The translations under genes were made by a program, and so were the position numbers. Below the pieces are notes generated by a model. That model saw nothing but the letters and a program-made list of their open reading frames with translations. It searched no databases and was not told the DNA's origin. From Chrysemys picta bellii (Eukaryota), in contig NC_088805.1 of the NCBI RefSeq assembly GCF_011386835.1, positions 26,288,001 to 26,352,000 of the forward strand: DNA of 64,000 bases, read 5' to 3'. Below, one piece after another: positions 11,549 to 24,503 of this stretch. Each line of letters opens with the position of its first letter. Position 1 is the first letter of the stretch.

Positions 11549-13680
11549 TTAACACTCCAAGCTGTGTTGCTTACCACAATAGATCTGAACATTCTAGTAA
11601 CAAGAAGCTTCCATAACCAAATCTGGCAGCTCATCATTTTTTATTTGCCTGGCCCATGTTGACGGTTGTTTCAGACATACTTTTCCAAAGGGATTCCTCA
11701 GTGTTTACTTGGCGACTGCTCTCCGAAAACAGAATCCAGGCTCTGTAGTAATGGTTATTTATACTCTCGGGTATCAAAGCTTCTAGATAACTGGTTTTGT
11801 GCTGAATAACAAGTCTGTCTGACTCTTGCATTAACTACAGTAACACAAGCTTCTTTAAACCAAAAAGCCCCCTGTGCCATTATTAGAGATTTATTTGCAT
11901 TGCACAATATCTAGTGGTGAAGACTCTGATACCATGTTTGTTAACTAGGGGAGGGGGGGGATTTTTCTTAGTTCTGTTAATGACACTTTCAAAGAGAGAG
12001 TTTGCAGTGTATACACTATTTCCAGGGCAGGTCCTACCACAGCTGTATCCTGTCAAACTCACAGGTTGCAGAGAAACTTCTTGGAACTTCAACTGATAAA
12101 AATACAGAAACTGGAACAGCTGTGAGGGACTGTGATTGTATATTCCCCTTGTTGTTTATAGTGCCTAAAGCATGTAGATACTGATGTACAAGGTGAGTGT
12201 GCCTTGCCTTTTGCTCTGAGTTATGCAGTATTAACAGAAAATGAATTGCTCACATGGAGGAATTCTAAACACTCTGCTTTTTTTTTCTTCTTCTTCGTAC
12301 CATGCCCTTTTTCCCTCCACCCCTCCTCTCTATGTGTAATATCAGACCTCTGCTGTACAGGAAATAGATCACTTTCCCACAAAAGGCTTTGAACAAAGCC
12401 CCAGGCACCACTTACACAAGTTCTTATTCCCTATCTGAAAACCATTTTAACACAAGTATAGTGGAGGTTTTAAGTCAGATGATAACTCCTTTGTTCTGTG
12501 TAGACAGTCCCAACCCCCAATCTCACCTCCAGCCCTCCCCAAAATTCTGTTGGGACTGTGGGGACAATAGACTCTAAAATCCCAATCATGCAGGCTATGC
12601 CCTAAGCTAACACATGTTATACTGCAGGGGTGCTCTGTATGGACCCTTAGTTACATGCAACAGCTTGGAGCAGTGGGGCCTAACTCTATAATGAAAATCC
12701 CACCTCTGTACACAGATGATCTATGGGAAGGTCTGATCTGAAACTCAGTTGTTGATATAAGCCCATCCCCAATTTAACTGTATTTGAACAACTGAGTAGT
12801 GGCCATAAACACCCACTAGCAAATCCATCTGTAAGACAGTTGTTACTGGAATAGGTGCCCACCCAGACCACATTGAGACACACTCCCTGAGAGCCATGCT
12901 ACCCAAACTGTGCTACACATTATCCCCCTAACGTGAGAGAGGCCTTGTCCACTCTGTTGAAGCAGAGAGATAACTATTCTTTGTTACAATGAAGTCTAAG
13001 CCATTTTTTGGGCTCAGCTGTACTATAGAAAGAGTCATACTACTGCACAGTTCTGCCATCGGTGAGATGTATCTGCATATATTTGCCTATTGGCTTGTCT
13101 GCTCTAGAGTAACATTCTTAAAAAAAAAAAAAAAATCCTAGCAGTACTTGCTATTTTAACAGCATAGTGGTTAGACTTGCTTGAACAGGACACCACGCTA
13201 AACTACAGCAGCAATCCACACTCCGTGTATACTAAAGCTCCCAGTGTTGTTGACGCTGCTGGATCTGAACCAGCGACGAAACTTGTAAGCAGAAAATAAG
13301 CTTTAGAGAGTTCGTCAAACACGCTTCCCTAGCGTGACTACAAATTTGTATTTTGAACTTAGACTGGTTTAATACTACTGGTTTTGGATTTAAAAAAAAT
13401 CCCTGTATGTACAGGCTAGGGAACCTCTGCTCGAACCTATCTATAACTCAGCAGGGCTGGAAAACCTGTTGCATCATGGTTCAAATGCTCTTCTGTTTTG
13501 TACTCTAAATGGGAGTGAACTGTGCTATGACCTTGGGCTCTTTCCACTCTACAGGATAACGTCAATGTTCCCCACATCGTCCCTTGCACTGGTTGGGCTT
13601 TTCAGTTAGGGGCCTACGTGCACTCACCTCAGAAACCGCTTACAGGCAGCAGTCTGTTAACAGGTCTAAATGAGGCCAAA

Positions 13681-13951
13681 GCCAGGTCTACTCTGCAACC
13701 TTGTATCCGTATAACTCCATCACTCAGGAGTGTGAAAAATCCACACTGCTGAGTAACGCAGTTGTAACCACCTAACTCCCCATGTAGACAGTGCTATGGC
13801 AACAGCAGGGCTTCTCCCGTTGACATAGCTGCTGCCTCTCGCAGAGGTGTAGTAACGACGCCAATGGGAGAAGCGCTCCTGTCGGTGTAGTAGCAACTTC
13901 ACTGAAGCGCTGCAGCAGTGCAGCTGCAGTGTTTTAAGTGTAGCCCTACCC
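13681..13951. mobile_element. Harbinger-type MITE (related copy about 48030-48250)
   Basis: Termini of the gtctacact / agtgtag type; internal sequence shared in reverse with the 48.1 kb copy. Confidence 0.6.
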
Positions 13952-14079
13952 TGATATTGCACATTCCCAGCCACGTCACATCCTTACAAATTCAAGTACA
14001 TCATTCCTTAAGAACCCCTCAGTTAGTTCTGTAGTACAACTCCAATAACTGGGTGGTTGGTTATGCTTTAGCCTGTAAC

Positions 14080-14380
14080 GCTATGCCCACACTGCAGCTG
14101 GGACCAAGCCTCCCAGCCCCTGGTAGATGGACTTGTGCTGGCAGGGCTCAACCTGGTGCACTAAAAATAGCAAGGTGGCTTGTGCTGCTTGGGCAGCAGC
14201 TCAGGTATTCAAGCAAAGCCCACCTCAGCTGCTGGGTGTGAGCTGGAGTGACTAGCCCGAGTCTCCACTGGAACTGCAATGCCCATGCTGCCATTTTTAG
14301 CACACTAGCGCAAGCCCCACTAGCATGAATCTGTCTATATGGGCTGGCAGGCTCACTCCCAGAGGCAGAGGGGGAGGGGT
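14080..14380. mobile_element. Harbinger-type non-autonomous element, diverged
   Basis: Starts cccacactgcagctggg...cctcccagccc and has imperfect inverted symmetry. Confidence 0.45.
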
Positions 14381-15343
14381 CTGATACTTGAAACGCATTC
14401 ACATTTGAGATGCTGATAGCACTGTCCAACACTAGCATTTTATGAAGGCTGCGCTATGAAAACAGAACCAGATTTAGACACACTAAAATAACTTATGACC
14501 TATATTTCTCATCTTTTAAGAGAAGCCACACCTATAGAAAGTATCTCCACTACCTGTTTAAAACGTGGATTGGGCATACACTTTGTTTATGCATAGGCCC
14601 TTACACAAAATGAGGAAACAATAATACTTTCCCAAGTTTCTAAGATAAGTTGGGAAAAGAAATGTAAATGAAACCAGGAAGGTACTGCTATTGTATGATG
14701 CATTTAAGATGTAGGAAATCTAGATAATGACCCTTTCATATGTTACTATCATACTTTTATTCCTCAACTTCAGAAGAAAAAAAAGAAGCTTCCCAAAGTG
14801 CTGGGAGTTCCCCCTAGTAGGGAAGTGCTATAGACAGCCCTTGCATACGTTATTTTGGACAACTACAGTGACAACACACCACACCATTGTTGCTCTTTAT
14901 AAACCCAGTTTGTACTGTATCCTGCTGTGAAATTCACTGTGATGTTCCTGTAAATCCTCTTTATAGCCGTTTGTCTGGCACTTTAACAACACTCCAGCAA
15001 TATTAAGCACTGCGAAAATGTAGTAGGTTTACAAACTGAATCCGCAAACCACTTTCAAAACTGATTAAGAGCTGTGACCTGGGACAATAGCAATACATAA
15101 GCTAATACTTAGCCCAGTATCTAAGTGCTTATCTTAAAGAGGAAGTTTCTAGCTCTGTGTGTCAAGTTCGCCCCACAGAGTGGACACCACTGCACTATTG
15201 TTGGGCCAAAGCTGCAGCCCATCTGAAACAATGGCACTAAGCAGTTTGAACGTCCCCCATTCATCTCTGTGGGCTGCTACCTTGGAAATCTAATTACTAC
15301 TGAAACGTACCATTAACCATTTCACTCCTGACTCCACAAACAG

Positions 15344-17180
15344 TAAGAACATAAGACTGGCCATAGCAATTCAGACCAAAGGTTCATCTAGCCCAGTATC
15401 CAGTCTTCCCACAGGGGCCAGTGACAGATGCTTCAGAGGGAATGAACAGAACAGGGCAATTTATCAAGTGATCCATCCCCTGTTGGCCAGTTCCAGCTTC
15501 TGGTAGTCAGACGTTTAGGGACAGCCAGAGCATGGGGTTGCATCCCTGACCATCTTGGATAAGAGCCACTGATAGGCCTATCCTCCATGAACTTATCTAA
15601 TTCTTTTTTGCATCCTGTTATACTTTTGGCAATCAAAACATCCCATGACAATGAGTTCTATATGTTGACTGTGCATTGTGTGAAGAACTACTTCCTTGTT
15701 TGTTTTAAACCTACTAATTTCATTGGGTGACCTCTGGTTCTTGTGTTATGTGCAGGAGTATATAACACTTCCTTATTCACTTTCTACATCATGCCGGATT
15801 TTACAGACCTCTTATCATGTCCCTAATTAGTCATCTCTTTTTTAAGATTAACAGTCCCAGTGTTTTTAATCTCTCCATGTGGAAGCTGTTCCATACCCCT
15901 AATCATTTTTGTTGCCCTTTTCTGTACTTTTTTCAACTCTACTTATCTTTTTTTGAGATGGGGCAACCAGAACTGCACGTGGCATTTAAGGTGTGGGTGT
16001 ACCATGGATTTCTGTAGTGGCATTATGATCTTTTTTGGTCTTATCTATGCCTTTCCTAATGGTTCTTAACTTTCTCTTTTTGATCACCACTGCACACTGA
16101 GTGGATGTTTTCAGAGAACTATCCATGATGACTCCAAGAACTCTTTCTTGGGTAGTAACAGCTAATTTAGACCCTGTTAGATTATGTGTGTATTACTTTG
16201 CATTTATTAACATTTAATTTCATCTGCCATTTTGTTGCCCAGTGACCCAGTTTAGTGAGAGCCCTTTGTAACTCTTTGCAGGCAGTTTTGAACTTCACTA
16301 TCTTGAATAATTTTGTATAATCTGCAAACTTTTCCAGCTCACTGATTGCCCCCTTTTCCAGATCATTTATGAATATGATGAACAGCACTGGTCCCAGTAC
16401 AGACCCTTGAGGGACCACACTATTTACCTCTCTCCCTTCTGAAAACTGACCATTTATTCCTACCCTTCGTTTCCTATCTTTTAACCTGTTAGTGATCCAT
16501 GAAAGGATCTCCACTCTTTTCCCATGACTGCTTAAGACCTTTTGGTGTGGGACCTGGTCAAAGGCTTTCTGAAAGTCCAAGTACACTAGATCAACTAGAT
16601 TACCCTGGTACACATGCTTGTAGACCACCCAAAGAATTCTAATAGACTGGTGAGGCATGATTTCCTTTTACTAAGGCAGCGTTGACTCTTCCCCAACATA
16701 TTGTGTTATCTATGTGTAATAATTCTGTTCTTTGCTATTGTTTCAGCCAGTGTGCCTGATACTGAAGTTTAGCTTACCGGCCTACAATTTCCAGGATTGC
16801 CTCGAGATCCTTTTTTAAAAATCAGTGTCACATTACCTATCTGCCAATCATCTGGCACAAAGTCTGATTTAAGCGAAAGGTTACACAGTTGTTAGTTCTG
16901 CAATACTTGGGTGAATACCACCTAGTCCTGGTGATTTATTACTGTTTAATTTATCAACTTGTTCCAAAACCTCTGACACCTCAATCTGAGATGGTTCCTC
17001 AGATTTGTCACCTAACGATAATGGCTCAGCTGTGGAATCTTCCTTACATCCTCTGCAGTGAAGACTGATGCAAAGAATTAATTTAGCTTCTCCACAACAG
17101 CCTTGTCTTCCTTGAGTGCTCCTTTAGCACCTCAATCCTACAGTGGCCCCACTGATTGTTTGGCAGGCTTCCTGCTTTTC
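15344..17180 (-). mobile_element. 5'-truncated CR1 LINE (degenerate ORF2 reverse transcriptase plus 3' UTR)
   Basis: ORF 16182-16658 has YLDFQKAFD, VPQGSVLGP.LF, FAD.TKL and KWQM..NV.KCKV; 3' tail reads as taagaacataag on +. Confidence 0.95.
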
Positions 17181-17982
17181 ATGCTTTCAGCTAACGCCCT
17201 CAGATGGAGAGCAGTCATCTGAAAGGACGTTACTGGGGGAAGAGCTGCTCATTTGGAATAGGCAGAGAGTTGAATATCTACCATGTAGCTTCTTGACAGA
17301 TTCAAGGAAATGCTCTTCTTTGAAAAGCCAGGTGAGAGGCACAGCAGTCTTGCATTCACTGTGCGGAGTCTTTGAGGTTTCTTTGGTCTAACAGTAAATC
17401 GCTTCAATAATGTAATAAATATTTCTGATGGACTTTGCTATGTGAGTGGCTTAGGTTATCTGGTGTTGAAATACAGTGTGTAATGCGATCCTGAGTGGGT
17501 TCTACTCATTTGGCACATAGCTGAGGGGTTTATCTTTTCTTTACACATTCACAAAGCTTGTACTGCTCCTCATGCAAACAAAGTCTCCTTGAACTAAACT
17601 GAGAGGCTGGCAGATCAGTAGAGGGGAAAGCCTGGAGGGGGAATAGTGCAGATTTGAAGGGGAAGCCACTATAGCAGATTTCTATTGTTCCTGCCTCTAA
17701 AACAAATTTTCACCACTGAAATAAGGACTTGGAAACAACGGATCAGATGCTGGACTCCACCACAGTGCAACCCCCTCTCCCCCCACCCCCCAGCTTCTCA
17801 CTGTGCGGGAAAATCCTTGGCTGATGCAAAGCAGAGTGGAAGCTCCTGTGTCACTCCTATTCTAGGCCTTGGCTCTGGGTGTCCCTGAGCCACACTAATC
17901 CCCAGCTGCCAGAATGGCCCTTGGAGCCCTGGACAGCTGGGCGTAAATTAGGGCCTCCAGGCTGCCCTAATTTACACTAGGG

Positions 17983-18206
17983 CAGTGATTCTCAAACTTC
18001 ATTGTATCGTGACCCCCTTCTGACAACAAAAATTACTACATGACCCCCCCCCCTCAAGTTTCGGCTTCAGCCTTGGGTGGTGGGGCTTGGGCTTTGGCTT
18101 CAGCCTGGGCCTCAGCAAATCTAACACTGGCCCTGGTGACCCTATTAAATGGGGTCGCAACCCAGTTTGGGGTCCCGACTCCTGACCCACAGTTTGAGAA
18201 CCGCTG
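17983..18206. mobile_element. hAT MITE, 224 bp
   Basis: TIRs CAGTGATTCTCAAACT / AGTTTGAGAACCGCTG; perfect 8-bp TSD CACTAGGG. Confidence 0.92.
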
Positions 18207-20705
18207 CACTAGGGACTGAACTAGCCTCAAGATTGAGTAGTAAGCACAGGGCGATCTAGGCCAAAGTGTAAACAATGGAGGACCGTTTGGAACTGTTCTG
18301 GTAAGAATATTTACATAGCTGCTGCCGCCGCCCTGCTTTCAACAGGGCCTCTCCCTACTAAACATGAATATGCTGAGCTTGCTAGAAGCAAAACTACACA
18401 GGTTCTAGCACAGAACGCCTTTATCTACCCTACACTTGTAACAGAGGTGGGGCAGTCAGTTACAACTAGCAGCTGTAGTGCACCCAGCAACCATTCTCAT
18501 CCCCAGAAGCAGATTAAAATCATGGACGGGCTGGGCTTTACTCTTGTTAAGTTCGCTTCCATCTCCATTACAACTTTTAACCATGTTATAGCCAGCTCAG
18601 CTGTTGAGGGAGATGGTCTGACCCAGAAAAGCATTTTCTTGCTTTGCAAAATAGTTCGGGTGGGCGTAACCTCAGAGTTGTGCTCTCTAGGCAAGAAAGA
18701 GAAAATGAGGTGCAAAGGGAGCAGGAGACAAGGAGGGACAATAACAAAATTACAAACTACATAATTCTTGCACCCATATGGGAGAAGCACCCAACAGCAG
18801 CTGTGGTGGTACAAAGAGTAAACAACAGGTTACATGGCTGTTGTATTACATTGCATAACTGTCCCACTGGCTGGTCCAGGGACATCATTCTGAAAGCTAA
18901 AGCAGGAGTTTCAAAACAAAGGAATACACAGATGAAAGTCGGGTCACTTTGCTTTGACTGGGCGCTCTCCATAGACTTTACATTGGGATGTGCTATAGCC
19001 GCAACAGCTGCTGGAAATTAACCTGAGAAGTCATGTGACCTGCAATCTGCCCTCATGGATCTCTATGTCTAGAACATACAAGTTCTGCTAGTTAAAGGCG
19101 AGGATTGAATGAAGCAGCACTCCATTAAAAGAAAGATTTCTAAGGCATGTCTCCCCATTGCACCCAACACCAGTCAAAAACAAACATTATGTCTATCCCC
19201 ATATCTCTCAAGCAGCTGAATCATTTCCTATCCGTTTTATATTGTGTGAAACATTTGCAAAAGCCAAAGATGATGATTTTACAGATATTTCTTCAATAGG
19301 TGACTTCATCAGTCTGTCATATGAGCACATGGCATATATAGGAAATATTTAAGGGCCGGGCTCTCTCATATACAAACAAGCCGTTCTCTCAATAGCCAAG
19401 AAGCCTGGACACATGTTTCATTTTGCATCCCACTGAATTAGGTGTGAATACAGGCACATCTGTAAGTCTGGTGTTCCTTACAGAATGCCAACAAGTATTG
19501 TGTGGTTAAAAAATTTTTAAAAACATTTCCTTTTTATTTTCATAGGTACATATAACTTGTACATTCCATTGGGTCTCCCCGCAGCAAAGTATAATAGAGA
19601 ACCCACAGCAAACAGTGATTACTGGTTCCTTAACGTTCTTAGAAATGGAACTACATAGAGCCCGATACCATCAGATGCAGTAAATGCAATACTGTGTGCT
19701 TTCCAATGCTTTTGTTATTTCCCAGATCCTGCTACCCCTCCACTCCGCTCTATAAAACACATTAATGAGACTTTGCTTAAAGAAAACCTCTGAAGAGCAA
19801 CAAATAAAATAATTGGCTGTGTCTTAAGATCTGCCTTCTAACACTTTTGCTGTGAATGCCCAGTTCTGGCTCTCCTCTTTTTCCTGCAGGACTCCTGTCA
19901 ATATCTGGAAGGCTGGGACTATGATACCAATGCCAGCTGCAGCTCTCTCAGCTCCAAGCTGAGTGAGTGGGGGAGGGCTATGCTGAATCTAACGCAGGAT
20001 AAGGGCCCATCTATAGAGGTAAACTACTGAGTAAGGGGGAAATCATGTCATAACAGAACTGGGGCTCTGTCCTGTTTATAAGAGATGTGGGTCTTGCCTG
20101 TCTAGAATGGTTTGAACCATGTTAAGGAATCCTGCTACAGTCCTGACCTCCAGAAAGAAAGGAGACAGTCACCGCATAGTTAGAATACCCCTACAGGAAG
20201 ATTTGCTTGCACACAAAGAACAATTTAAATTTTAAATTTAACAAGGTGGGGGTGGGGAATCAAACCAAAGAAAAGGCAGATACCACATAATACATGAGAC
20301 AGAGAACAAAAGCTCTATAAATAAGAGAGTCACAACTCAACACAGGTACAGGTTACTGCAGGAGTCATTGTCCCCTCTTTCTGGCAAAACCACCATAGAA
20401 ATTACCTGAAGGACAATAAACCAGAGACAATGGGCCAGCTGCTTGGCTGGCCCAGCTTTGGTGAAGACAGTGGCTCTATCCAATTTTACACCCGCTGAGG
20501 ATCTAGTTCCAGGTGATTAGCAGGACTCCTTGCAGGCTGGAAGCACGCAGCAAAGCCACAGGTTGAATCTGTGCTCAGAGCTTTCTTAAACCAGAGGCGG
20601 GCCCATGCCTGGATTAGAACCTGACCTCAGTTCAGGGTTGTTTGAATCAGAAGGTTTTGGAGGGGGTCTGGCTGTAAACTTCCCCACAGTTCATGGGTGT
20701 TCAGC

Positions 20706-21521
20706 TTAACGGAACTTTCTTCTACCGATGTTTGTCGTCATCTCTCTGCTTCTTAGGGTCTCTCTCCCTGCTCCGGTCTCTTTCCCTGTCTTTTCTCTCT
20801 CTGTCCTTCCTCTGCTCCTTTCCTCTTTGGAATCCCGCTCTCTGTCCCGGTTGCTTTCACCCCAAGCCCACGATCGCTCCCTTTCCAGCCATCTCTTGTC
20901 TCGGTTCCTTTCAGGGTCTCGGTCCCTCGCTCTCCAGTCCCTCGCTCCCTCACGAGACCAGCTCCTCTCTCTTTTCTCCACTGATCCCTCTCCATAGAAG
21001 TCACTTTTCATAGTTGGCAAATTGATGGGCTTTCGGAAAGGCCTGTCCCGCCCTCCAAACCGCAGCTGCCCGGATTCCTTCTTGCCTCCAAAACCACCTC
21101 CAAGTCTCCGAGGGATCCATCCTTTGAGGGTCCTTTCCAGCTCGAAGTCCACAAATATCTCATGCTGGTCAATAACCAGCCTGTTGGCATCTCTATGGGC
21201 TTTCAAGAGCGAACGTTCCTCTTTGTACTCTATAAACGCATAGCCCTTGGAAAAACCTGTCACCAAGTCTCTAACCAGACGAATCTTCCTAATGTCTCCA
21301 TACCTGGAAAAGGCTTCCTTCAGCTTCTCCTCTGTGGTTTGTAGATTCAGTCTTGCTACAAAGAGAGTGAGGTGGGGATCTCCTGTAACCCCCTTATTAG
21401 GTATGTACCGTGCCAACATGGCCCTCCAAATGGCACGGTCATGGGGCTCTTCATCTGTGCCATCAATGCTCCCTGCTTTGAGGGGGTCATACTCTTTCGC
21501 TATGGGCGCCCACTCGTTCAT
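20706..21521 (-). CDS. SNRNP35: U11/U12 snRNP 35 kDa protein (single coding exon; tail probably frameshifted as assembled)
   Basis: ORF MNEWAPIAKEYDPLKAGSIDGTD..., RRM (TLFVARLN, SKGYAFIEY), LKGWIPRRLGGG and an Arg/Asp-rich tail. Splice acceptor ccctctag|AAAATG lies just upstream of the start (boundary 21525/21524). Confidence 0.97.
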   Translation of the reverse strand: MNEWAPIAKEYDPLKAGSIDGTDEEPHDRAIWRAMLARYIPNKGVTGDPHLTLFVARLNLQTTEEKLKEAFSRYGDIRKIRLVRDLVTGFSKGYAFIEYKEERSLLKAHRDANRLVIDQHEIFVDFELERTLKGWIPRRLGGGFGGKKESGQLRFGGRDRPFRKPINLPTMKSDFYGEGSVEKRERSWSREGARDWRARDRDPERNRDKRWLERERSWAWGESNRDRERDSKEERSRGRTEREKTGKETGAGRETLRSREMTTNIGRRKFR

Positions 21522-22439
21522 TTTCTAGAGGGAACACAAACATCAAACACACTCCAGCATCACTGCTAACATTCTGTATAAACGTTCACCACTACAGGTG
21601 AATTGGAAGACACAGTTAATGAGGATACTTGGCATTTGCCTATAGCACTTTCCATCCCAGGATCACAAAGCACGTTACAAACATGAATGAACTTACAACA
21701 CTCCACCACAGGCTGATTCCCATTTTACAGATGGGAAAACTAGGACGCAGAGTTCAGTTTTTAGCACAGATTCATCTGCTAGCACTCCACCTGGATAGGC
21801 CGTGAGGGGCACAGAAAACCCTAGACATCCTGCATCCTCGCTAAAAAAAAACCCATTAGACTTTGCAGAAATGACAAAGAATCCTTTATAAGATTAATTA
21901 AAACAAACTCCACGGAAATCCTCTTTTCAACTAGACTCCCCCAAGCTCTGGCCCCCTGTGGAAGGCGATTTGCTCACTGTGGAGGTGGGGAGCATTTGCT
22001 TCCTGGTGTGGGAGGAAGCCTTGCATTATCTGGGTGTATTTTAGGGGAACATCCTTCCGATGCTCTGGTATTGGGTGTTTTTAAGCGAGTGCAGAAAGAG
22101 GCCGGATGCCTCCCACAGGCCACTCGGGGAGGGGGGGGGGCGCACAGGCCATGTGCTTCTCAGCCCCCCCCAGCTGGGCTTTGCAGACTTCGCCCCTTCG
22201 CTTCCTGGAGCGTGCACAACCCAGCAGCCAGCTCGGCTCCTTCCTACCTTTGCCCTCGGGGTCTCACGCGCTGCCAAGAACCCGGGGGACGCTTAACCCC
22301 CTCGGTCCCCGAAATTAGTCAGCACACCCCTCCCCCACCTTCCAGCACAGCTCAGGCCTAGCACATCCCTCCCCCGCCCCCCAGCTCTGGGGCTGAACCT
22401 CCCCTAACAGCCCACAACCAGCCCCTCTCTCCAGCCACC

Positions 22440-23420
22440 CGGGGCGGCCATAGAAACATCTAACGCCCCCTTACTGCAGGCGTCCGGTGCAGGGGCCGGG
22501 CCCATTCACACCGGGCCTGGGGACTGTGAGCACCACCGCCATCTGCCCGCCCGCCCGCGCACAGCGGGGTTCCCAGCCCGTCCCCGCACGCTCACCGCCT
22601 CTCCTCCGCCGCGGCCCGGGCGCGCTTCTCTCTGCCCACCGGCTGCAGGCCCGCGGCCGGCTTCCCGTCGGCAGGGGCCGATTCGTGCGCGCAAACCACA
22701 GACGTCTCCACTTAGCAAAACCCCGCGCGGGGAGGGGCGACTTGTGCAAAGCGCAGCTCCGCGGCCGCGGCCGGGAATTATGCGAGGGCAGCGCGCGCGC
22801 TGCGCCCCGGACGGGCCAAGCCCGCGGAAAGTGGCGCTCCAGAAAGGCAGATGCGTTCGCCTTCCTCACCCCGGCCCCTGGGGGAGGGAAGCGGCCTGCA
22901 GATGCATTGTCCTTGCTAAGCTGGGGGGGGGGTGGCTGGCTGCAGATGGGTTTGCTTTGCTCACACCCGCTCTGCGCTGGAGGGGGCAGGCTGCAGCAGC
23001 TGCGTCCATTGCCCGGGGGAGGCAGCGAGCTGCAGGAGCCTGTCGGGTTTTTGAGACCCGTTACAGTTCACAGGAAACCACCCCCAAGCCCCAACCAGAA
23101 GAGGGATTCCTGGCCAGAGTCCTTCCTTGCAGACCAACCAGCCCGGCTGCTTTATTCCCCCGTGCAATGGCTAAGACAACAGGGGCTTTGCAGTGACCCT
23201 GGAGCAGGGCCGCTGCCCCTGCCAGTTGCCAGGGGTTGTTGCCATGTGCGGTCTGCCGGGGCGTGCGAGCAGCACCGCAAATCCCCGCCTGGCTTAGCTG
23301 TGGCACGGGCGGAGCTGCCGCCGAGCTACGGATCCGGAGAGCGGAATTCACTTTCAAATCCGAATCGAGTTGTAGTGACCCGAGAGAGTGCACAAGGCAA
23401 AGCAGCTACGCGCGGGGGGG
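22440..23420. promoter_or_regulatory. CpG island, divergent promoter region of SNRNP35 and RILPL2
   Basis: Sharp rise in GC and CpG between two head-to-head genes. Confidence 0.85.
22596..22700 (-). other. SNRNP35: Probable non-coding exon 1 of SNRNP35 (5' end approximate)
   Basis: Minus-strand donor GCG|gtgagc at 22595 inside the CpG island; needed to pair with the acceptor in front of the CDS. Confidence 0.55.
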
Positions 23421-24164
23421 TGGGGGGGGAGCTGATAAATCCCAAGGGCAGCTCTGGCCCCTGCTTTTGGAGACGGAGCTGAATATTTGGTTCTGTGATA
23501 AGGGGCCCCTACATCCTGAGGCATGTGAGTGGGAAACTGGCCCTACCCAGGAGTGTTTCAGTCCCTCCCCATCCTGAGGCGTCTCCATGGAAACTGCAAA
23601 CGTTACCCAGGGAGGGCAGACGCTTCACCCTGCCCAGGGTTTGCTTTGTCATAGTGCTTCTTGCAAAATGCAATGGGAAATGTCTCCAGCTGCCCTCGCA
23701 GCATCAATCCCGCCTGCCTGCAAAAGCCTCCACCCAGTACTTCAACACAGATCACTCCCAGGCCAGCCACAGCCCAGCCTCTTGCGACAGAGACTGGGTC
23801 TGCTGGGTAGTTTTGTCTGCACAACCAGCAGTGAAACACACGCCCATAGCCTATCACCCTGCAGCCAATCTCTGTCTCCTGGACACTGTCTAAGAATGAG
23901 AGTAGAGCCCACTCCAGCTAGAAGGGAAGCTGTCCCGTGCTGGCCTCGCTTCCCACATGGCTTTTAGCCCCACCCCAGCCTCCCAGCCTTGTTATCTGAT
24001 TGGCCCCCAGGAGCCTCCCCTGGAGGCGAGAGGACTTGGTCACAGGTTAACAAGTTTCACAGAGGAGGAGGAAGGAAGTTGTTGAGTGTGGCAGCCGAAG
24101 CAGGCGACAACTGCAGCAGCAGGTCTGAAACCAGCCTTCTCCAGACTCCCCACTGGGGCTTGCC

Positions 24165-24503
24165 ATGCAGGGTCATCAGCACCAAGAGGAGGGAGAGGTG
24201 AAGGAAGAGCCTAGCCCTGAAAGCGCCTTTGAGAAGAGCCCCTTCCAGCTGACAGCAGAGGATGTCTATGACATTTCCTACCTGGTGGGCAGGGAGATCC
24301 TGAAAATAAGCAGCGAGCCCCAGGGGGAGGTGCCCACCAGAGTCGCCCAGTTGCAGTTCAAGATAGTGAGGATTCTGGAAATGCTGGAAGCTTTGGTGAA
24401 TGAGAGTAACCTGACAGTGGAGGAGCTGAAGATGGAGAGAGACAATCTCAGAAAGGAGGTGGAGGGACTCAGAAAGGAGGGTCCCCCAGGGAATGCAGAG
24501 CAG
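24165..24503 (+). CDS. RILPL2: RILP-like protein 2, coding exon 1 (RH1 domain)
   Basis: gccATG start; KSPFQLTAEDVYDISYLVGRE...LQFKIVRILEMLEALV...LKMERDNLRKEVEGLR; donor CAG|gtaggt at 24504. Confidence 0.95.

Noticed and set aside
16182-16658. 158-aa reverse-transcriptase-like ORF
   Set aside because: Fragment of a 5'-truncated, disrupted CR1; not a functional gene.
21525-22595. Possibility that SNRNP35 has a U12-type intron (autoregulation)
   Set aside because: The candidate donor is GTGAGC, not the U12 RTATCCTT consensus, and no U12 branch site was seen.
22487-23482. 331-aa ORF across the SNRNP35/RILPL2 island
   Set aside because: Stop-poor GC-rich DNA yields long ORFs in several frames; Arg/Gly/Pro/Ala-biased with no recognisable domain.
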